Positions 31,516 to 43,900 of a DNA stretch of 64,000 nucleotides are shown in pieces. This DNA is from a virus. The notes beneath the pieces were generated by a model that worked only from the letters and a program-made list of their open reading frames with translations, was not told the origin of the DNA and made no database searches. The position numbers and the translations under genes were made by a program. Each line of letters starts with the position of its first letter. The stretch's first letter is position 1. The stretch spans positions 32,001 to 96,000 of the IMG/VR virus record IMGVR_UViG_3300035670_000058. One strand, written 5' to 3'.

Positions 31516-32538
31516 TCATGCCGCAGTTTCATCCACTTTGTAAGGCATAGGTTTGATAGGTTCTGCCCACATCAAAATTCTGCGGTACTTGTTTGACTTT
31601 ACATCGTCATAAACATGTACGCGCAGTTTGAAACCACGGGTAGCAAAATAGTTGTATAGCGTTCTAAACGGGTTGTTCCCCCTTTCTAGTGGCATTTGAT
31701 AATCGACAAACAATGTTTTGCCGGCGAGCAAATCTTTGACTAGGGGAGAATCAATTTCTTGGCGCACATAGGTATCCCTAGTCCTAATACCAGCACGCCA
31801 CGTATTTGGCACTACCTTATACTTATACTCCATATAAGCATAATTAGGCGCTGGTTTATCCATGCGCTTATGCTTTTTCCAGTAATAGCGACGTGATGAA
31901 GCACGCCGCATTTCTTTCTTCTCTTCAGGTGTCATGGATTACCAACCGTCACATCCATCGTAATAACTATCCACTTCCCCTTTGAGATTGTACTGAAAAT
32001 CAAAAAGCGCTGTAGATGATGCAGCAGGAGTGCCGCAACTTCTACAACGCGCAACGCGACCTTTTAGGCTGATTGTTTCTCTAGCCTTTTTGGGGTTAGA
32101 GTGTAGGCACGAAGAACAAACAGGGATTTTACTCCCTTCATGATCTGTCCATCTAGAGGTGGAAACGTGCCCACAGGCCATGACAACACTTGGCTCGACC
32201 ATAATAATCTCCATAGTCGATATCATGTACCGATTATATCAAATTCGTCAAGACTTGTCCATACCAGACTTTCTATATCGGGCACGTAGGGACAGGAGCA
32301 AGGATTCCAGCCCAACAGTCTCTTCACCAAGTTGCTTCAATTCAAAGACAATTTGGAAGAGATCGCTCACAGGAATCTGGATGGAGTTGAGATCACCATC
32401 ATAAGGCTTGGACGAAGCCAGAGCCTCTACAACGGCATTCGTTGCAAGGTACATGGCTTGAATTGTCCCGTCGCCTTTATACTCCCCTGCTAGTTTTTCT
32501 AACAGGAGAATTTGTCTACGGGCCTCAGAAATGCTCAT
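31516..32538 (-). CDS. Three hypothetical proteins (31516-31935, 31939-32226, 32248-32538)
   Basis: Co-directional packed ORFs; SD AAGGAGG before 32538. Confidence 0.55.
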
Positions 32539-32554
32539 GGAGCCTCCTTTCTAT

Positions 32555-32599
32555 AAAAAAGGGGACGTACATGAAATGCGTGGATGCATGTACGTCCCC
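32555..32599 (-). terminator. Intrinsic terminator
   Basis: 13-bp stem GGGGACGTACATG/CATGTACGTCCCC plus T6 on the minus strand. Confidence 0.85.
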
Positions 32600-32650
32600 T
32601 CAAGTATCTGAAACAATCGAACATAGCAGAGAGATTGATTAGCCATTTTC

Positions 32651-33247
32651 CTAAGCGGAGGCGACAACCTCTTCCTGCTCAGTATTCGAATACTGGGCAG
32701 AAAGGGCACGCTCGACAGCCTCCTTGAGTCGAGCCAGTTCAGACGCATTGACACCCACCAGAGCCGAAGCATCCAGTTCAGAAAGATTGTCCACGCGGAA
32801 AATCTTCTTGCGGGGGCCACGCTTCTTAGCGAGATTGTTATTCGACTTGAAATTCTGGACTGCATCCCGAACGTACTTAGGAGCGCGGGACGAACCCTCT
32901 TCCACAGAACCTCGGAAATACTGAACCATAAACTGAGTCATCTCTTTCGCATCAGCGAAAGGCTCAGGCTCTTCACCCTGCACCCAAAGGTACGTAGGGA
33001 TCAGATCAAGCCGACGATTGCGATGCGAGATATCCTGAACGATTTGCTCAGCATCATACTTCGCATCGACCGTGAAATCATTGACGATCACTCCATCAGT
33101 CGTGATCTCAAAGTTAGCACGGCCACCAAAGAGATGATAGATACCCTGCCATGCAGCGAGGACAGCGTTTCCTGCGCCATTCTCAACGCCGACAGTAATG
33201 GGCTGAGTGCGAGTCTCAGCCTCAGGGGTTGCGTTAGCCTTAGCCAT
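32651..33247 (-). CDS. Hypothetical, probably abundant protein; monocistronic and enclosed by a long UTR stem
   Basis: 198 aa; tandem promoters, boxA-like element, flanking inverted arms 33276-33309 / 32612-32644. Confidence 0.8.
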   Translation of the reverse strand: MAKANATPEAETRTQPITVGVENGAGNAVLAAWQGIYHLFGGRANFEITTDGVIVNDFTVDAKYDAEQIVQDISHRNRRLDLIPTYLWVQGEEPEPFADAKEMTQFMVQYFRGSVEEGSSRAPKYVRDAVQNFKSNNNLAKKRGPRKKIFRVDNLSELDASALVGVNASELARLKEAVERALSAQYSNTEQEEVVASA

Positions 33248-33323
33248 TGTATTTCGATCCTTTCGATTGGTGTAAGGCTAACCAATCTCTCCATCTATAT
33301 TCGGTTGTTAAGGTGCTGGGAGC

Positions 33324-33458
33324 ATTATCCATGCTTCCCTGAGTCTTGTCAAGACCCTGCCGGTTGTCTAGCGATTTTCCGGCCCGTCTATTCTGGACTC
33401 CCGACCGCCGTTCCCGACCGCCTGTGAGCATCCTAGCGCTTCCCCGTCCCCTTGTCAA
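33324..33458 (-). promoter_or_regulatory. Tandem sigma70-type promoters (P1/P2-like)
   Basis: TTGACA-17-TAGGAT (33458-33430) and TTGACA-17-GATAAT (33352-33324). Confidence 0.8.
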
Positions 33459-33868
33459 CATCTTTTTTCAAAATAGGTTATAGCTCAGATCATCAAAGTA
33501 TCGATTTGTTCGATGATTACTTCAGGCATCATATACCGCTGGTTTACAAATCGAATTTCATCGGGGAGCCTGTTACTCACCGGGTAAGAAAAGTATCTTA
33601 CCACGTAAAAACCTAGCCATTTCCGCCGGCGCCCAATAGCTCGATTTTGCCAGGCAATATTCTAGCCTTTTTACGCGGTAAGATGACTCATTCTTGCGAT
33701 TTGCAAAAAATCCAATTAAAACACTTGACAAACGCCGCCGGGTGTGCTACGCGCGGGGGCATTTATATAGGGGCGCGGGGCCGGAATTTTACGAGGCACA
33801 TTCCTGGCCTTTTATCTAGCCTATTCTTGCGATTTTTACGCCTCCAACAAAATAGCCTATTTTACCCA

Positions 33869-33897
33869 TTGACAAGCCCGCCCGTTTGTGGGACAAT
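33869..33897 (+). promoter_or_regulatory. Sigma70-type promoter of the rightward small-gene operon
   Basis: TTGACA-17-GACAAT with TG extension. Confidence 0.75.
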
Positions 33898-33964
33898 ACA
33901 GGTAGCGGAAACGCCGCCCTCAAAACCCATCAAAACCTCTAGCGATAGAAAGGTAATTGAATAA

Positions 33965-36900
33965 ATGGGAAACATGATCGTTCCCGATAACCAGATCAAA
34001 ACTCGACTGTATAATCTGGTTATTGATGGCGATACTGTCGAGGAGATGCTTTCCTCTAGAATGGCAAATATCCTCGCCAATGAGTATCGCGCAGAGGGAT
34101 ATCGTGTGGATAAGATCGAGGTTTACTCGATCACCAAATCCGCCGATGTGATCGAAGAAATGGCTTCAACAAAGCCAATGAATTACCCCCGTAAGGAAAT
34201 CGGCACTCCTACGGTAACAAAAAAGAAAGAGCAAGAGAATAGGGCTAAAGCCCACGCAAAGGCCGAGGCAATCCGATCCAAGAAGAATAGCGCAAAGCCA
34301 GCAACATACCGATCCTCTTACGGAAGGGATAGGGGATCACTTCTCCATCAGGAATACCTAAATCTTCTCAAGAGGGATGGATATAGGGTCTTCAACAATC
34401 TGAATGGAGAAGTCTGGATCGGACTCCAAACAGAAATCTCCTCCCGCATCTTCAACTACATCCAAAAGGGCGGGAAGAAGTCCGATCTCGATATCAAATA
34501 TATCGGAAAGGCTGCATAATGGAAAAGAATACTGAAATCGCCGTCTGTGACGAATGCGGCATGGACTACGATCACAAAGGCCATTGCGATATCTGTGGAA
34601 AAGCAATTCTCTCTACATGGAAGATGCATGATGCAGTTTGGGGGCATGAAAGAGAAACAGACTCTGAAGCGGATGCTCGATACGAAAGAATGTACGAGCG
34701 CTAATTGGAGAAATAAAGATGGCGCGATACTTTTGCGTCAGATGTAAAGAAATGCTGAATACGCTAGATAAGCCACATCTTTGCAAAGATGTGGCTTTGC
34801 GTTTGCAAGAGGCAGAGCGAACACTAAAGCGTGAGGAATGTCCTCCCAAATTTGGTCGCGGTAGACTAGATGATTGGCTGAAGAAAATGGATGCGCTTGA
34901 CCCACAGGGCAAGCATGGTCCAAAAGGAAAGGCTCATGATTGGGCCATTGGTCATCATGGTGAGTGGATTGATCAATGTCATCCAAAGGAGTGAGATGAA
35001 GGAATACGAAAACGTCGAGAAGTACGTGAGTGAACTTCTTCAATACGATAAGGTGGTAGAAGCCACACAGGAATTGATCAACGTCATCAATCAGGATGAC
35101 GAAACAAATCAACCGATCAAGAAGATCGTCAGTGAAATGGATAAGGATGGCGAGTGGTGCGTATATGCCATCCTTCAAGATAATAAATACTTCAAGTACG
35201 CAATGTACATCTACGAGAATGGTGACATTGTAGCAGATGGATGGTAAAATGAAGCACAAGAAGGTTCTCAACGATCTCCTGGCAAATCATTGTATTGCGA
35301 GGATGGCTGAAGATAAGTCCCATTATCTCTTCGTTATCGACACCCATTGCAATCACCTCTGGGTGGTCGCTAAAAAGACAGAGAAAGTCCTAGAGTACGA
35401 TATCCTCTTTGCTGAGTTTCAGGGAATGAATACCAGCGAAGCGATGTATGAGAAAGTCAATCAAGTTTACAGCGATTGGAGGAAGTGGTAAATGGCCCTG
35501 ATAATCAATCTCAATGAGGGTGACCAGATTGGTCGCCTTATCTTTACCCGCAATCTTAGCGGAAGCCCTGATTGGCAGGGAACGGTTGCTCTTGTAAATG
35601 ATACAAAGAGTGATCGTTTCTTTGTTATCAGTGGTATTATGAGTGCATTCGATACTGGTCGTCCAGAGATCGTGATCCTCCCTGCGGATGCAGATGGAGA
35701 GGTCATTGATTGGATCGAGGATGCTTGTTGGAGAAATCCACGAAATCTCGATGAGGTGATGTGGGACTTCTCCTTTATGTTGGAGGATGAGAATTAATGC
35801 AAAACATTCTACTCCCTGATCCAGAAAATGATCCTGATGAAGAAGCGGAGTTGACCTATCGCCTACAAGAAGCAATTCACGAATACGAAGGTGATGGTGG
35901 CCCGTGTGAGGCATGGGCTAGGAAATTCTGCTACACCCATAATAAAGTCGATGATTGTGCTCCCTGTGGCGCACAGAAGTCCTCTGTCCTACATTATCCC
36001 GATCCAGAATGGCATGGCTGGGAATGCTATTGCCGGGAGTGCAGTGAATGAGTTACTGGATTTACTCTCATGATGACGATGGTGAAATCGTCGTTGATCT
36101 GGGATCGACTCACACACATGATTTTGATGAGGCTTTGGCAATTGCTCTAAACCTCATGAGTGATTCAGATCGATTCGCACAGCATCATATCCTGCGAATT
36201 GTGGATGAGAATAACGAAGGTCAGACGTGCTGGATTGCTGGTCCAGTTGAATACATGAGGGAGCATTATGAACGATAAGTGTACAATCTGTGGCCTCACC
36301 TTCAAAGAGGCTATGGATAAGAAGCCCTACGATATCCATTCATTCAGTTGCAGCGATGCCGATCTTGGTATTGACATTGTTGCAGAAGCGGCTAAACTGC
36401 TTGGAATGAGCGATAAGGATTTGAAGGAGTTGCTTGATGCGGCGCGGTGATAACATTCCCTCTGTGAGTGATTACGCTCATTGGGGAGAGGAAGCAGAAG
36501 CAGTTTGGTACGCAGAAAACAAATACGACATGGAGAATTGGGACGAGGAAATCGAACCCGATGACTTTGAGGATCGCTACTACGCAGAGCCTGATCCAGA
36601 TATTGAGATGACTTTCAATACAGAGGAGGACGCACAGGCATTTATGGATCGACCCCAAGATTGGGGTTATGATGTCGAGTCGTTGAGTATGACTCGATAT
36701 GGCGATAAATGGGTAGTTGAAGGTTATACCAAAGAACTCCATCGAAAGTACGTTGAGATGAACAGAAGGGCCAGGTTTCACTAAATGATCGCTACAAGTG
36801 AAATGACAATTACAGAGCTGGAGGAAGCCATCACTCAACTCAATTACAAGATCACTAAGAAATACGATGGTGTCAAGGGTATCTGTACCGTCACTCTTAC

Positions 36901-38131
36901 ATCAAAGGATGGTACAACGGTTATCACCGATGCAAATCGCAGTTCAATGGCTCTGTGGCGTGCCTATCGCAAGGCAATGCAATTCTGCCTTGATCAATTG
37001 AAGGGAGCAAGGTAAAGTAAATGAACGAAGACAGCCACCTGGAAATGGAATACGAAGATCGCTTCGTTGCTGATACAGATATCGATGATGGGGAGATCGA
37101 GGAAGATATCGACTGGGATGGAGGTCCGGTAGATGGAACCGAAGAGTGGTTCTAATATTGATACTACATACGAGGCATATGCTATTGGCTATTTCTATGG
37201 AAGAGAGTTTGGGAATGATGAACCCGGTATTGCAGAACTAACTGCTAATGGAATGAATGACCATGCTGAGAATATGCATGCATTCAAGACAGGGTATGAG
37301 AGAGGCGTTGCAACCTACTGCGACAGATGGGAAGATGAACATGATTGTTCCGACGCTAAGCGTCCTTGTGATGATTGTCTTACAAGCAACTTGCCTGTAT
37401 TTGATGGCGAATAAAGATCGCTCATAATCTCATGGTAGCACACTCTCTGAAATTTATTTGACTTATCCTAGAAAGTGTGCTACAATGAGGTCTGGAGTGT
37501 TCCTGACCCGTATAAAGAAAGGGACGGATCGGTAGATGGAATTGCATCAGGTCAAGTTTGAGGATCACCTCACTATCTCGACTCTGGTCAATGACAAAGA
37601 GCCAAAGCAAATGGTGAGGATTAGGTGGGGCGAGGGGTACGATAGAATTATCGTGTCGTATCGCGCACCTGAGATGGATGAGATTGATGTGCGGACTTTC
37701 ATGGTCCCTCACGATCTCTCTGAGGAAGCACTATTTGCGATGTTCGAAGAAATTATCATGTGGGTACACAGCAATTTCTTCGTGGATAAGAAGGGGGCGA
37801 TGAATTAGTGGAAAGTCTAATCTGCACTAAGTGCGGAAAGGCAGTTATTATCATACGGCATAAAGAATTGGTCGAAGTTGATAATGCCCTTAGCATCAAG
37901 TTTGAAGGTGGATATGGGTGGTTCGTTGATCCGCTAAATGATGATGAGGCGGATAGACTATCCATTATCCTGTGCCATGAGTGTGCCCATCAATTCTGTG
38001 ATGATAACCCCTGGCTAACCAATATTATTGAGCCTCATACATCTCACTCCCATACGCATGAGTATCAGGATGCTCATCCTGAGCATTATGGATGGGATTA
38101 TGACTTTAGGAGAAAGATCGATAAGAAATGA
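33965..38131 (+). CDS. Run of about 16 small, mostly acidic hypothetical proteins (e.g. 33965-34519, 34519-34704, 34719-34994, 35492-35797, 35797-36051, 36048-36278, 36434-36784, 36785-37015, 37133-37414, 37536-37808, 37808-38131)
   Basis: Head-to-tail ORFs with overlapping stops/starts and SD motifs; no recognisable family. Confidence 0.6.
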
Positions 38132-38286
38132 ATGAGTCGGACTTTGATACAGAAGTCATCTTTGATCTTCCTGATGCTGATATCAGTAACCCACCTGATT
38201 GGTGTGAAGAAATCCTAAGTAAAGACTGGGGTTTTATTTGGGACGATCTTCCTGAGGCTCCAGAATGGTAGAATGAGGAAAGGTAG

Positions 38287-38613
38287 ATGCCCAGAGATAA
38301 AAAGAAGTATAATGAGTATATGCGATGGAAAATCCTAGAGAGGTACCATGCACGTAGAGATGCTGCGCTAGAAGCCCTTGGTGGCAAATGTACGAGATGT
38401 GGTACAATCGCAAACCTACAATTTGATCATATTGATAGGCACACTAAAGAGTTTCCAGTTTCTAAGATGTGGTCACTATCGGAAAAGAGATTCTGGGCAG
38501 AGATTGCTAAATGCCAGATTCTCTGCAATGAGTGCCATAAAATCAAATCAAAGGAGAATAACGACTACTTAGGAAAGCGTACAACTCCTTCTAGACTCAA
38601 GAAAGTGGAATAA
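38287..38613 (+). CDS. HNH endonuclease
   Basis: LGGKCTRCG....LQFDHID...KCQILCNECH. Confidence 0.85.
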   Translation: MPRDKKKYNEYMRWKILERYHARRDAALEALGGKCTRCGTIANLQFDHIDRHTKEFPVSKMWSLSEKRFWAEIAKCQILCNECHKIKSKENNDYLGKRTTPSRLKKVE

Positions 38614-38620
38614 ATTCCTT

Positions 38621-38694
38621 GGGCGCATAGTTTAACGGTAAAACAAGGTCCTTTTAAGTCCTAGTTTCGGGTTCGACTCCCGGTGCGCTCACCA
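38621..38694 (+). tRNA. tRNA-Lys(UUU)
   Basis: GGGCGCA/TGCGCTC acceptor, D arm, loop CTTTTAA, GGTTCGACTCC T arm, encoded CCA. Confidence 0.88.
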
Positions 38695-38712
38695 ATTCAG
38701 AAAGAAGAATAA

Positions 38713-38982
38713 ATGATTGTCACTGGTAAGGAACCCTTTATGCACAAGAAGGATATGTGTGCAGGAACATTCTGTTGTTTTCACAATCCTTCTGACCACA
38801 AGATGGTTGATTGGCCCATGAATTTGCGTACCGATGAATGGGCGGCCTCCCTTATTGAACGCCTATGTCCCCACGGTGTTGGTCATCCTGACCCTGATAG
38901 TGTTGCTTTTATGGAGAAGGCATTTCCAGAAGGTGGGGGAACATGGGGGGTACATGGATGCGATAGGTGCTGCATTGAATGA
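38713..38982 (+). CDS. Cys/His-rich small phage protein
   Basis: HNPSDH.M, ER.CPHGVGHPDPD, HGCD.CC. Confidence 0.65.
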   Translation: MIVTGKEPFMHKKDMCAGTFCCFHNPSDHKMVDWPMNLRTDEWAASLIERLCPHGVGHPDPDSVAFMEKAFPEGGGTWGVHGCDRCCIE

Positions 38983-39377
38983 TTACCCTCAGTAAACTTT
39001 ATAAGCGTGATAAAGGTATCTGTCATATCTGTAATACAAGAGTAAATCGCCTTTCCGATGCTTCAAGAGATCATGTAATTCCTAAGTCCTTGGGTGGACG
39101 AGGAGTAACACATAATATTGCACTTGCACACCGATGGTGCAATAAACAGAAAGGGCATAAAGTATTTCGCGCAGAACAACATGGTATTGGCTGGGTCGTC
39201 GTGGACCCGAAAGGAGAAATCGTATCCGACGAATATGAAAGTGCGCTAGATGCCAGAATTATCGCAGAAGAATTGAATGAGGATCGTGTCTATTTGGACT
39301 CTCATTACGAAGAAGCAGCCCAAATGAGCGAGGACAGCGATATGTATGTCATCATTTCTAGGAGTGCAGATGCTTGA
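38979..39377 (+). CDS. HNH endonuclease-domain protein
   Basis: RDKGICHIC, DHVIPKSLGG, NIALAHRWCNKQK. Confidence 0.85.
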   Translation: MITLSKLYKRDKGICHICNTRVNRLSDASRDHVIPKSLGGRGVTHNIALAHRWCNKQKGHKVFRAEQHGIGWVVVDPKGEIVSDEYESALDARIIAEELNEDRVYLDSHYEEAAQMSEDSDMYVIISRSADA

Positions 39378-39809
39378 TGTAAGAACACTTCTAAGTGTCC
39401 ACAGGCGATTGCGGGAGCATAAGAAAGGCTCCTTGATCGCTATTAGGAACAATATAGAATACGACCAATTTATGCGTGACAATGCAGTAACACTAGTTGA
39501 AATCATCTTTGACTCAGTGCTTACTGAGATCGAAATCATGCTCGATGACACGCAGAAAGGGGTGAAGAATGCAGCCTCTGATTGATCAAATCATGAACGA
39601 GGACAGTACACTGAACAAAATTGCCAGGGGTATAATCGCCGGCGCTGTGATTATCTTGACGGTTATGGTTATTGTCAAGTTTATGACCGGGCAATGGGCG
39701 CTGTAACGAATTATACCATCGAATAAAGAACGGAATCGAATTGGATTGACGAGCCGGTTACCCCGGCAATTGATCAGATATATCTCTATTGAGAAAGGAA
39801 ACTCAATTC

Positions 39810-40910
39810 ATGGCGTATTCTCACGGTGAGATCACCGATCATTTCGCTAAGCGGGAGAATAACCGCGATAAGCGGGGGAATAACGTATTCACAGGACACG
39901 GGAATACAGAGATTTATTCCTACGGGACTCACTTCGTCCTTGCCATCGCGGATGATGATCGCAAGATTATCATTGTGAATGGTGACCGATATAGCGTCAC
40001 TACTGCTAGGCATCAATCCCTCCTTAGAAGCAGTCTTTTGGAATATCTTCCTAAGGGCTACCGACAGATTACTATCCCCTTTAGCGTGCTGTATGCTGCT
40101 AGGGTTGATAAGTACACTGTAACTCCTATTGATACAGAGACAGATTATGAGTCGGCTTATTGCAAGACTCATGATAAGTCTTTCTACGCTACCCAATTTG
40201 ATACCGCTTATATGGTTCTTATGAGTCATAAGCGGGATAATGACTATGAGTGTCAGACTCATTATGAGCATCGCCTTGGCGGTAGTGTATTTCGAGCCAA
40301 GCCTCTTTACCATGAATTTAATCAAAACTATAAGTATTTTCTGTCGGGATTTGATGAGACTCACAACTCCCGAACCGATGGATATTTCATCTCTGAACTT
40401 CCACATTCTGTAAAGACTGTTGCGGATGGATATGAATCACTGAAACCCAAGGAAGTTAGGGATGCTATTGCTGCTGGGCTTGATGTCAAGCGTCAGGGTG
40501 ATGCATTTGCTATCCCTGTGTCTGATCTCAATGTTCGCAGGATGACTAAGCAGAAGGCTCATCTCGTTCCTAAGTCCGGTTGGGCATACCGCGATGATGA
40601 GGGTAATGTCTATGGGACAGCGTATCCCGGTTATAGTAGGACAAATGGTAAGCCTGTAAAGTGGGAGTACGGACCTCTTGGTAAGGAGTTGGAGATTCCT
40701 ACGTTTATGATTGAGGGCCGCAATTCTCATGGGGCAAATGAGATTGCAGTTGATCGCTATGGGCATGTGTATGCCCGTGGTAATCTTATGCATCGTCCTA
40801 TGGTGCGAATGCCTGAGCATAGAAATATCCCTCTAGGCAAGACTTGGCACCGTATCGTTTTCAATAGGGCTAAGGCTAGTTGGCAATCTACAACTGGTAG
40901 GGTTGACTAA
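39810..40910 (+). CDS. Hypothetical phage protein
   Basis: 366 aa, SD AAAGGA; IYSYGTHF, YSVTTARHQ and RQGD...PEH motifs. Confidence 0.7.
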   Translation: MAYSHGEITDHFAKRENNRDKRGNNVFTGHGNTEIYSYGTHFVLAIADDDRKIIIVNGDRYSVTTARHQSLLRSSLLEYLPKGYRQITIPFSVLYAARVDKYTVTPIDTETDYESAYCKTHDKSFYATQFDTAYMVLMSHKRDNDYECQTHYEHRLGGSVFRAKPLYHEFNQNYKYFLSGFDETHNSRTDGYFISELPHSVKTVADGYESLKPKEVRDAIAAGLDVKRQGDAFAIPVSDLNVRRMTKQKAHLVPKSGWAYRDDEGNVYGTAYPGYSRTNGKPVKWEYGPLGKELEIPTFMIEGRNSHGANEIAVDRYGHVYARGNLMHRPMVRMPEHRNIPLGKTWHRIVFNRAKASWQSTTGRVD

Positions 40911-40922
40911 ATCGAGGTACTT

Positions 40923-43900
40923 ATGAGTAGCAACCTCATTCAGTTTGCCTCTATCTTTGATGCTGCGGGTTGCAAGATCAACTTCAATTCGCATATCATG
41001 GAGGCAGAGATTATCTCGTATCCTACGGGAAGAACTGGGGTTATTGAGGGAGCAATTGATGAGATCGATTGCTTCCTCGATACCAAGACATTCAATGATG
41101 GTATTGCAATCCTTGCGATTGCAGATCAGATTGATGGTAACCCCAATCCCCTAGCGATAGAGACTCGCAATACTATTCTCAATAACGCCGGCTTGAAGAA
41201 GAACAATAGATATATCACTCAAGCCCTGGCACTTCTAAAGACAAATAAGAGTTGGCATTCAAGTGAGGTTCCAAACGAATGCACATACTTTGGCGATCTT
41301 TGTACCACAAGAGGTATCACAGAGGTAGATGGAAAGCGGGGGCGTAAAAGTAGCCGTCTACCTGATGACTATCATATCCGAAAGACTAGCGGGATTATCA
41401 ACCGTGAGCAATTGATCACACCACTTCTTGAGGAAGTGTATCGTGCAATCCCGCAGGAAAATCTTATCAGTATGAAGCCCAAAGAGGGTAACATTATCAA
41501 TCTTGATAAGATTGATGAATTGGAGCCAGAGGAACTGGCTCGTATTCTCCAGCGTATTAGAGAAGCAGAGGTCAAGGTAAATGACGCCTGATAAGGTTAT
41601 TGGATTTCCAGCAACCGTTGAGCGATTTATCAAGTTGCGAAACGAAGAGATTGCAAATTGCTCCCTCTGTCAGAAGCATAAACCGGGGGAGATGATGCCA
41701 AGTCATTTCCTATCTGATAAGGTGATTGATGGTCAACTGTGCCTCTACACAGGAAATTGTGGTGGAAATGGAAGACGATTCAATCCAGTCCTTGAAGAGT
41801 TTGTTGGCAATGCTCATTGTACCTGTGATGCGTGCTTCTAATGGATGACGAGCAGGAACAGGCTCTAGAGCAAGCCTACAGAGAAGAGGCTATGTATCAC
41901 AAGGGATGGGATGACTCCCGAGAGTATTATCGAGAGGCATTCCAAATCCTTGTGATGGACATGGGTTTCATGGGTGAATTCAAACTCACTCATGAGGTTG
42001 TAAATGATATCTTCAATGAGCATCCTGAAGATGCTGCTGGTATTCTCTATCAGGCAGCACTCAATAGAGGACAACCGTAATGGTAGATGATAATGTGATG
42101 TATGTGGGTAGATACCCAGCAAGCATGTTGCTTGATATCCTCTCTGATGGAATTGATTGGAGTGCCAGAGGATTTTGGGCACAGGTTGAAAAATTTAGTT
42201 GGTATTGGTGGTATGTACGCGATGATAAGGGTGAGCCTGATATGAATAAGGTTAGCCCTGATCTAACTCCTGATACCGTGCTAATGAAAGTGCGCGATGA
42301 TGAAGATGGAGAGGCAAACGAAGAGCATCGAGTATTTACTCCCATTACCCTCAATGATCTTGCACAGTCTACTGATTGGGCGCTGGAAGAGTATTCTCAT
42401 CTCTTTGGATACTCTGTAAGCAAGGGCAAGATTGTTGATATTGACTATGATGCAATCGGTGCTGATGTGATCATTCAGAAGATTGTACTTGGAGAGGTGA
42501 TTTATGGGTAAAGGATATCGTGTTGAATGGTCTATTGTGCTTGAAGCAGATGATCATGTTGATGCTGCTCTACAAGCGTGGGCCACTCTAGATGATTCAA
42601 CTACATACAATCAATACGCAACCGTCCTCTTTGTGGAAGAATATGAGGGCGATGGATCAGATCGTAAGATGATTGACATGGAAGACATGCATATGGAGGA
42701 CAATCCCCGTGCCTAGGTCGCTTGAAGATATGAAGCGTGATCGTGGCGGTATGTGTCATCGCTGTGGTATGGATATTATGAGTCCTGAACAGAAGGATCA
42801 TACATACTGCAATGACTGCTGGGATACAATGCTCGCTCATTCCTTTGAGCGAGATGATGATGATCTTTGTGCCCAGTGTGGAGAGGATGAGAATTATCGT
42901 CCTCATGACATTTACAGGCGCAAGATCGCTGATAGAATGTATAGAATTGCGGGGCTTGGATGACTGTTGGTCTATCTATGATGGAACCCGATGAGCCTGA
43001 AGAGGGAGATTACGCTTCCTTTGATGGTGGTTTCAAGTGGTACCAATATAATAAGATTGTACTCTCATGTAGTGAGGATGATGATCCTGCGGCTAGACTA
43101 GCGATCCATGCCGCGCTCAATAACTACTGGCCTAACGCATGGCTATTCTCTGATCATGGTAACGCACATCTATTCATCTATTTGAAGGAGAAGTAATGGG
43201 ACTCGATATGTATCTTCATCGCAAGACATATGTGCAGAACTGGCCTTTCAATAAGCCGGAACAGCATGTAGATATCACAATTACTAAGGGTGGTGAGCCA
43301 TACCCTGGAATTGAGATTGATAAAATCAAGTATATTGTCGAGGAAGTTGGATATTGGCGCAAGGCAAATCAAATCCATCAGTGGTTCGTTGATAACTGCC
43401 AGAATGGAGTTGATGATTGTGGGGAGTATTACGTCACAGTAAATCAACTTGAGCAACTTGTAGATATCTGTAAGAAAGTTTTGGCTGATCCATCTAAGGC
43501 AGATAAACTTCTTCCTACACAGGGAGGCTTCTTCTTCGGGTCTACAGATTATAATGAGTGGTATATTCAAGATTTGCAAAATACCATCGATCAACTGACA
43601 CCGCTTATTGAAGCCCCAACAGATGAAAATGGTCTTCCATTCTTTGACTACTACTATCACAGCAGTTGGTAAGGAGTAATATAATGGGTCTGGATATTAT
43701 CGCAGTCTCTAACGTCGTAAAGATGGAGAACCCTACTCTTGATGGGTGGGATACTCCTGTTGGCGTTCATGCTGATACATTCAAGGCATATCATCTTCGT
43801 GGATTTGAGCGGTCATTCCGTGGCCTTGAGGAAGAGGCTTGGTATATGACTACTGATGAGTCAGATATGGTTGACTTTCGTGCTGGCTCATATGGTGGAT

